Assembly (NCBI GenBank): GCA_963840855.1
Contig: CAWJBB010000085.1
Coordinates: 32,001-96,000, forward strand
Direction of reading: 5' to 3'
Length of the DNA: 64,000 nucleotides
From: an uncultured delta proteobacterium
GTDB taxonomy: Bacteria > Desulfobacterota > Binatia > UBA9968
Shown: positions 61,744-64,000 of the stretch, in pieces
Numbering within the stretch: position 1 is the first letter of the stretch
How the letters are laid out: every line of letters begins with the position of its first letter
Notes under the pieces: generated by a model
What the model saw: the letters and a program-made list of their open reading frames with translations, nothing else
Databases searched by the model: none
What the model was told of the DNA's origin: nothing
Translations under genes and position numbers: made by a program

Positions 61744-64000
61744 ATGGCGTCCACCACCAAAAAGGACACTACGAAATCACAGGCAAAGCCGCGACCGCCG
61801 GCGGTGAAAAAGTCTCGGCCTAAACAAGCGCCAAACGCTCAGTTATTGCGACGCGCGCTCGCCGAGTCGCTCGAACGGGAAGCGGCGACCAGTGACATTC
61901 TTCGCATGATCGCCAGCTCGCCGGCGGACCTTCAATCGGTGCTCGATGCGATCGCCGAGCGAGCTGCCAGACTCTGTGACGCGGAAGATGCTGCGATCTT
62001 TCGGCTTGATGGCAACTTTTTGCGTCTGGTTGCACACTTCGGCCCCATTCCTATAGCAGGTGTTGTGGGCGAGAGCGGCCGCGTTCTGGATCGCGGCACG
62101 CCCGCTGGTAGAGCAATCATTGACCGGCAGACGATACATGTCCATGACCTTCGAGCCGCCGACGCTGAATTTCCGGAAGCTAAGGCCCGTGGAATCGCAA
62201 TGGGCCTCCGTACGGTACTCGACACACCGTTACTCCGTGAAGGTGTTGCCATCGGTGCTATTCATATTCGTCGACGAGAAGTCCGCCCGTTTTCGGACAG
62301 GCAGACCAAGCTACTTGAGACCTTCGCCGATCAAGCGGTCATCGCCATCGAGAACGTGCGGCTATTTAATGAGCTTAAGGAATCCCTGGAGCAGCAGACT
62401 GCGACGAGTGAGATCTTGGGCGTCATTGCCAGTTCGCCGACCGATATTCAGCCCGTTTTGGACACCGTGGCGGAGAATGCTGCGCGGCTGTGTGAGGCTA
62501 GCGATGCACAAATTCTTCGGGTCGAGGGTGATATTCTTCGGCTCGCGGCCTCATACGGCTCCCTGCCAACCAGTCAGACACGGCCCATCAACCGCCAGGT
62601 AGCAAGCGGCCGCGCCGTGATCGACCGGCAAACGATTCATGTCCATGACATCGCCTTAGCCGAAGACGAATTTCCGGTCACTAGGGATCGAGGAATACCA
62701 AGAGGCATTCGTACCTTCCTCGTCACGCCCCTACTGTGTAAGGGCGACCCGATCGGGGCCATTGTGATTCGCCGCACTGAGGTCCGTCCCTTCTCAGAAA
62801 AGCAGATTGCACTTCTCAAAACCTTTGCGGATCAAGCGGTCATCGCCATCGAGAACGTAAGGTTGTTCAAAGAATTGCAAGAGCGCAATGTCGAACTGCG
62901 CGAAGCCCTGGAGCATCAGACGGCCACTTCCGAGGTGCTCGCCATCATCAGCCGATCGCCAACTGACGTGCAGCCGGTGCTCGACGCGATTGTCGAGAGC
63001 GCCGCCCGGGTTTGCGGGATTGATGATGTGGTGCTGCGACTCCGTAAGGGGGACAGTCTGGTTTCGCGGGCTCATATTGGTCCCATACCCGTACTCGAGC
63101 GCCGTGAAGAGATCAGTATTGATACGCCACAGTTTCGCTGGCTGCGTGAGCATGGCGCACTTCACGTTCCCGACGTCGACACGCAGAGGAATGAGTTCCC
63201 AACCCTTGCTGTCATCGCGCGCACCATTTTAATCGTTCCCCTTCGTCAGCATGGAGAAATAATTGGAACTCTGATCGCGCGCCGCATCGAGGTGGGTCCT
63301 TTCACCCCGGCGCAAATCAAACTTCTTGAGACCTTCGCTGATCAAGCGGTCATCGCGATTGAGAACGTACGGCTGTTCAACGAACTCAAGGAGTCACTGG
63401 AGCAGCAGACTGCCACGAGTGAAATCTTGGGCGTCATTGCCAGTTCTCCGACCGACATCCAGCCGGTGCTGGATGCCGTGGCGGCAAATGCGGCCCGACT
63501 CTGTGAGGCAGCCGACGCCCAGATTGTTCGCGTCGAAGGGAATCGGTATCGGCACGTGGCTTCACATGGGTCAATTCCTGTCCCCGAGACGAATGAACTT
63601 ATACCCCTCATGCGCGGTCGGGTTCCGGGTCGAGCGATCATTGATCGGCAAACCATTCATATACATGACGTTGCAGCAGAGTCAGAGAACGATCTCGCAG
63701 CTCCTTTCGCCAGAAGTGTCGGCGTTCGCACGGTACTTGGCACCCCATTGCTGCGAGAGGGAATTCCGATCGGGGCTATTTTAATTCGCCGCCTCGAGGT
63801 GCGCCCGTTCTCAGAAAAACAGATTAAATTACTGGAGACCTTCGCCGACCAGGCGGTCATCGCCATCGAGAACGTGCGGTTGTTCCAGGAACTGCAGGAG
63901 CGCAACGCAGAATTGCGCGAGGCCCTGGAGCATCAGACGGCAACGGCCGAGGTGCTCGGCATCATCAGCCGCTCGCCGACGGACGTGCAGCCGGTGCTCG
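61744..64000 (+). CDS. Multi-GAF sensor protein (partial; runs off the window, absent from the ORF track)
   Basis: Frame from ATG 61744; repeated ATSEIL.VIA.SP.D.QPVLD and LL.TFADQAVIAIENVRLF units at ~62320, 62820, 63330, 63840. Confidence 0.9.
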   Translation, partial: MASTTKKDTTKSQAKPRPPAVKKSRPKQAPNAQLLRRALAESLEREAATSDILRMIASSPADLQSVLDAIAERAARLCDAEDAAIFRLDGNFLRLVAHFGPIPIAGVVGESGRVLDRGTPAGRAIIDRQTIHVHDLRAADAEFPEAKARGIAMGLRTVLDTPLLREGVAIGAIHIRRREVRPFSDRQTKLLETFADQAVIAIENVRLFNELKESLEQQTATSEILGVIASSPTDIQPVLDTVAENAARLCEASDAQILRVEGDILRLAASYGSLPTSQTRPINRQVASGRAVIDRQTIHVHDIALAEDEFPVTRDRGIPRGIRTFLVTPLLCKGDPIGAIVIRRTEVRPFSEKQIALLKTFADQAVIAIENVRLFKELQERNVELREALEHQTATSEVLAIISRSPTDVQPVLDAIVESAARVCGIDDVVLRLRKGDSLVSRAHIGPIPVLERREEISIDTPQFRWLREHGALHVPDVDTQRNEFPTLAVIARTILIVPLRQHGEIIGTLIARRIEVGPFTPAQIKLLETFADQAVIAIENVRLFNELKESLEQQTATSEILGVIASSPTDIQPVLDAVAANAARLCEAADAQIVRVEGNRYRHVASHGSIPVPETNELIPLMRGRVPGRAIIDRQTIHIHDVAAESENDLAAPFARSVGVRTVLGTPLLREGIPIGAILIRRLEVRPFSEKQIKLLETFADQAVIAIENVRLFQELQERNAELREALEHQTATAEVLGIISRSPTDVQPVL

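Noticed and set aside
62300-64000. Diversity-generating retroelement TR/VR pair
   Set aside because: The repeats are in-frame GAF junctions, differences are not adenine-specific, and no reverse transcriptase is present

Overview
Bacterial chromosomal window of moderately high GC. The gene content (many orphan ABC and TctC-type substrate-binding proteins, amidohydrolases, a Rieske oxygenase, a multi-GAF sensor) resembles Candidatus Binatia or Deltaproteobacteria-like genomes; this is inference only. About ten genes carry single frameshifts, mostly in short homopolymers, which suggests long-read indel errors. Layout: tamA/tamB (1-4.5 kb); a ~17 kb accessory region (4.5-21.2 kb) whose genes all lie on the minus strand except a complete IS21 element inserted in a type I hsdM; mobile-element debris (IS91 fragment, IR-bounded RAYT, zeta-toxin fragment; 21-25 kb); a largely metabolic and transport region (25-57 kb: GT2, methyltransferases, acyl-CoA dehydrogenase pair, sulfatase, USP-ferritin fusion, purEK, ABC and TTT transporters, Rieske oxygenase, tag, enolase-family enzyme, ADH); then a tRNA-Arg 3' fragment, an AbrB/RelE-type TA pair, a flavin amine oxidase and a partial multi-GAF sensor. 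The most striking unannotated structure: at least six short degenerate copies of the 3' end of hsdM, plus one 5' remnant, sit in intergenic spaces of the accessory region. They are co-oriented with and delimit blocks of cargo genes (Hcp, nuclease, DUF1353, TA modules, hydrolases), like an hsdM-anchored cassette array. A ~24-bp mobile unit (CCTTCGAC..GCTCAGGAC..GC) is seen at two near-precise insertion sites.
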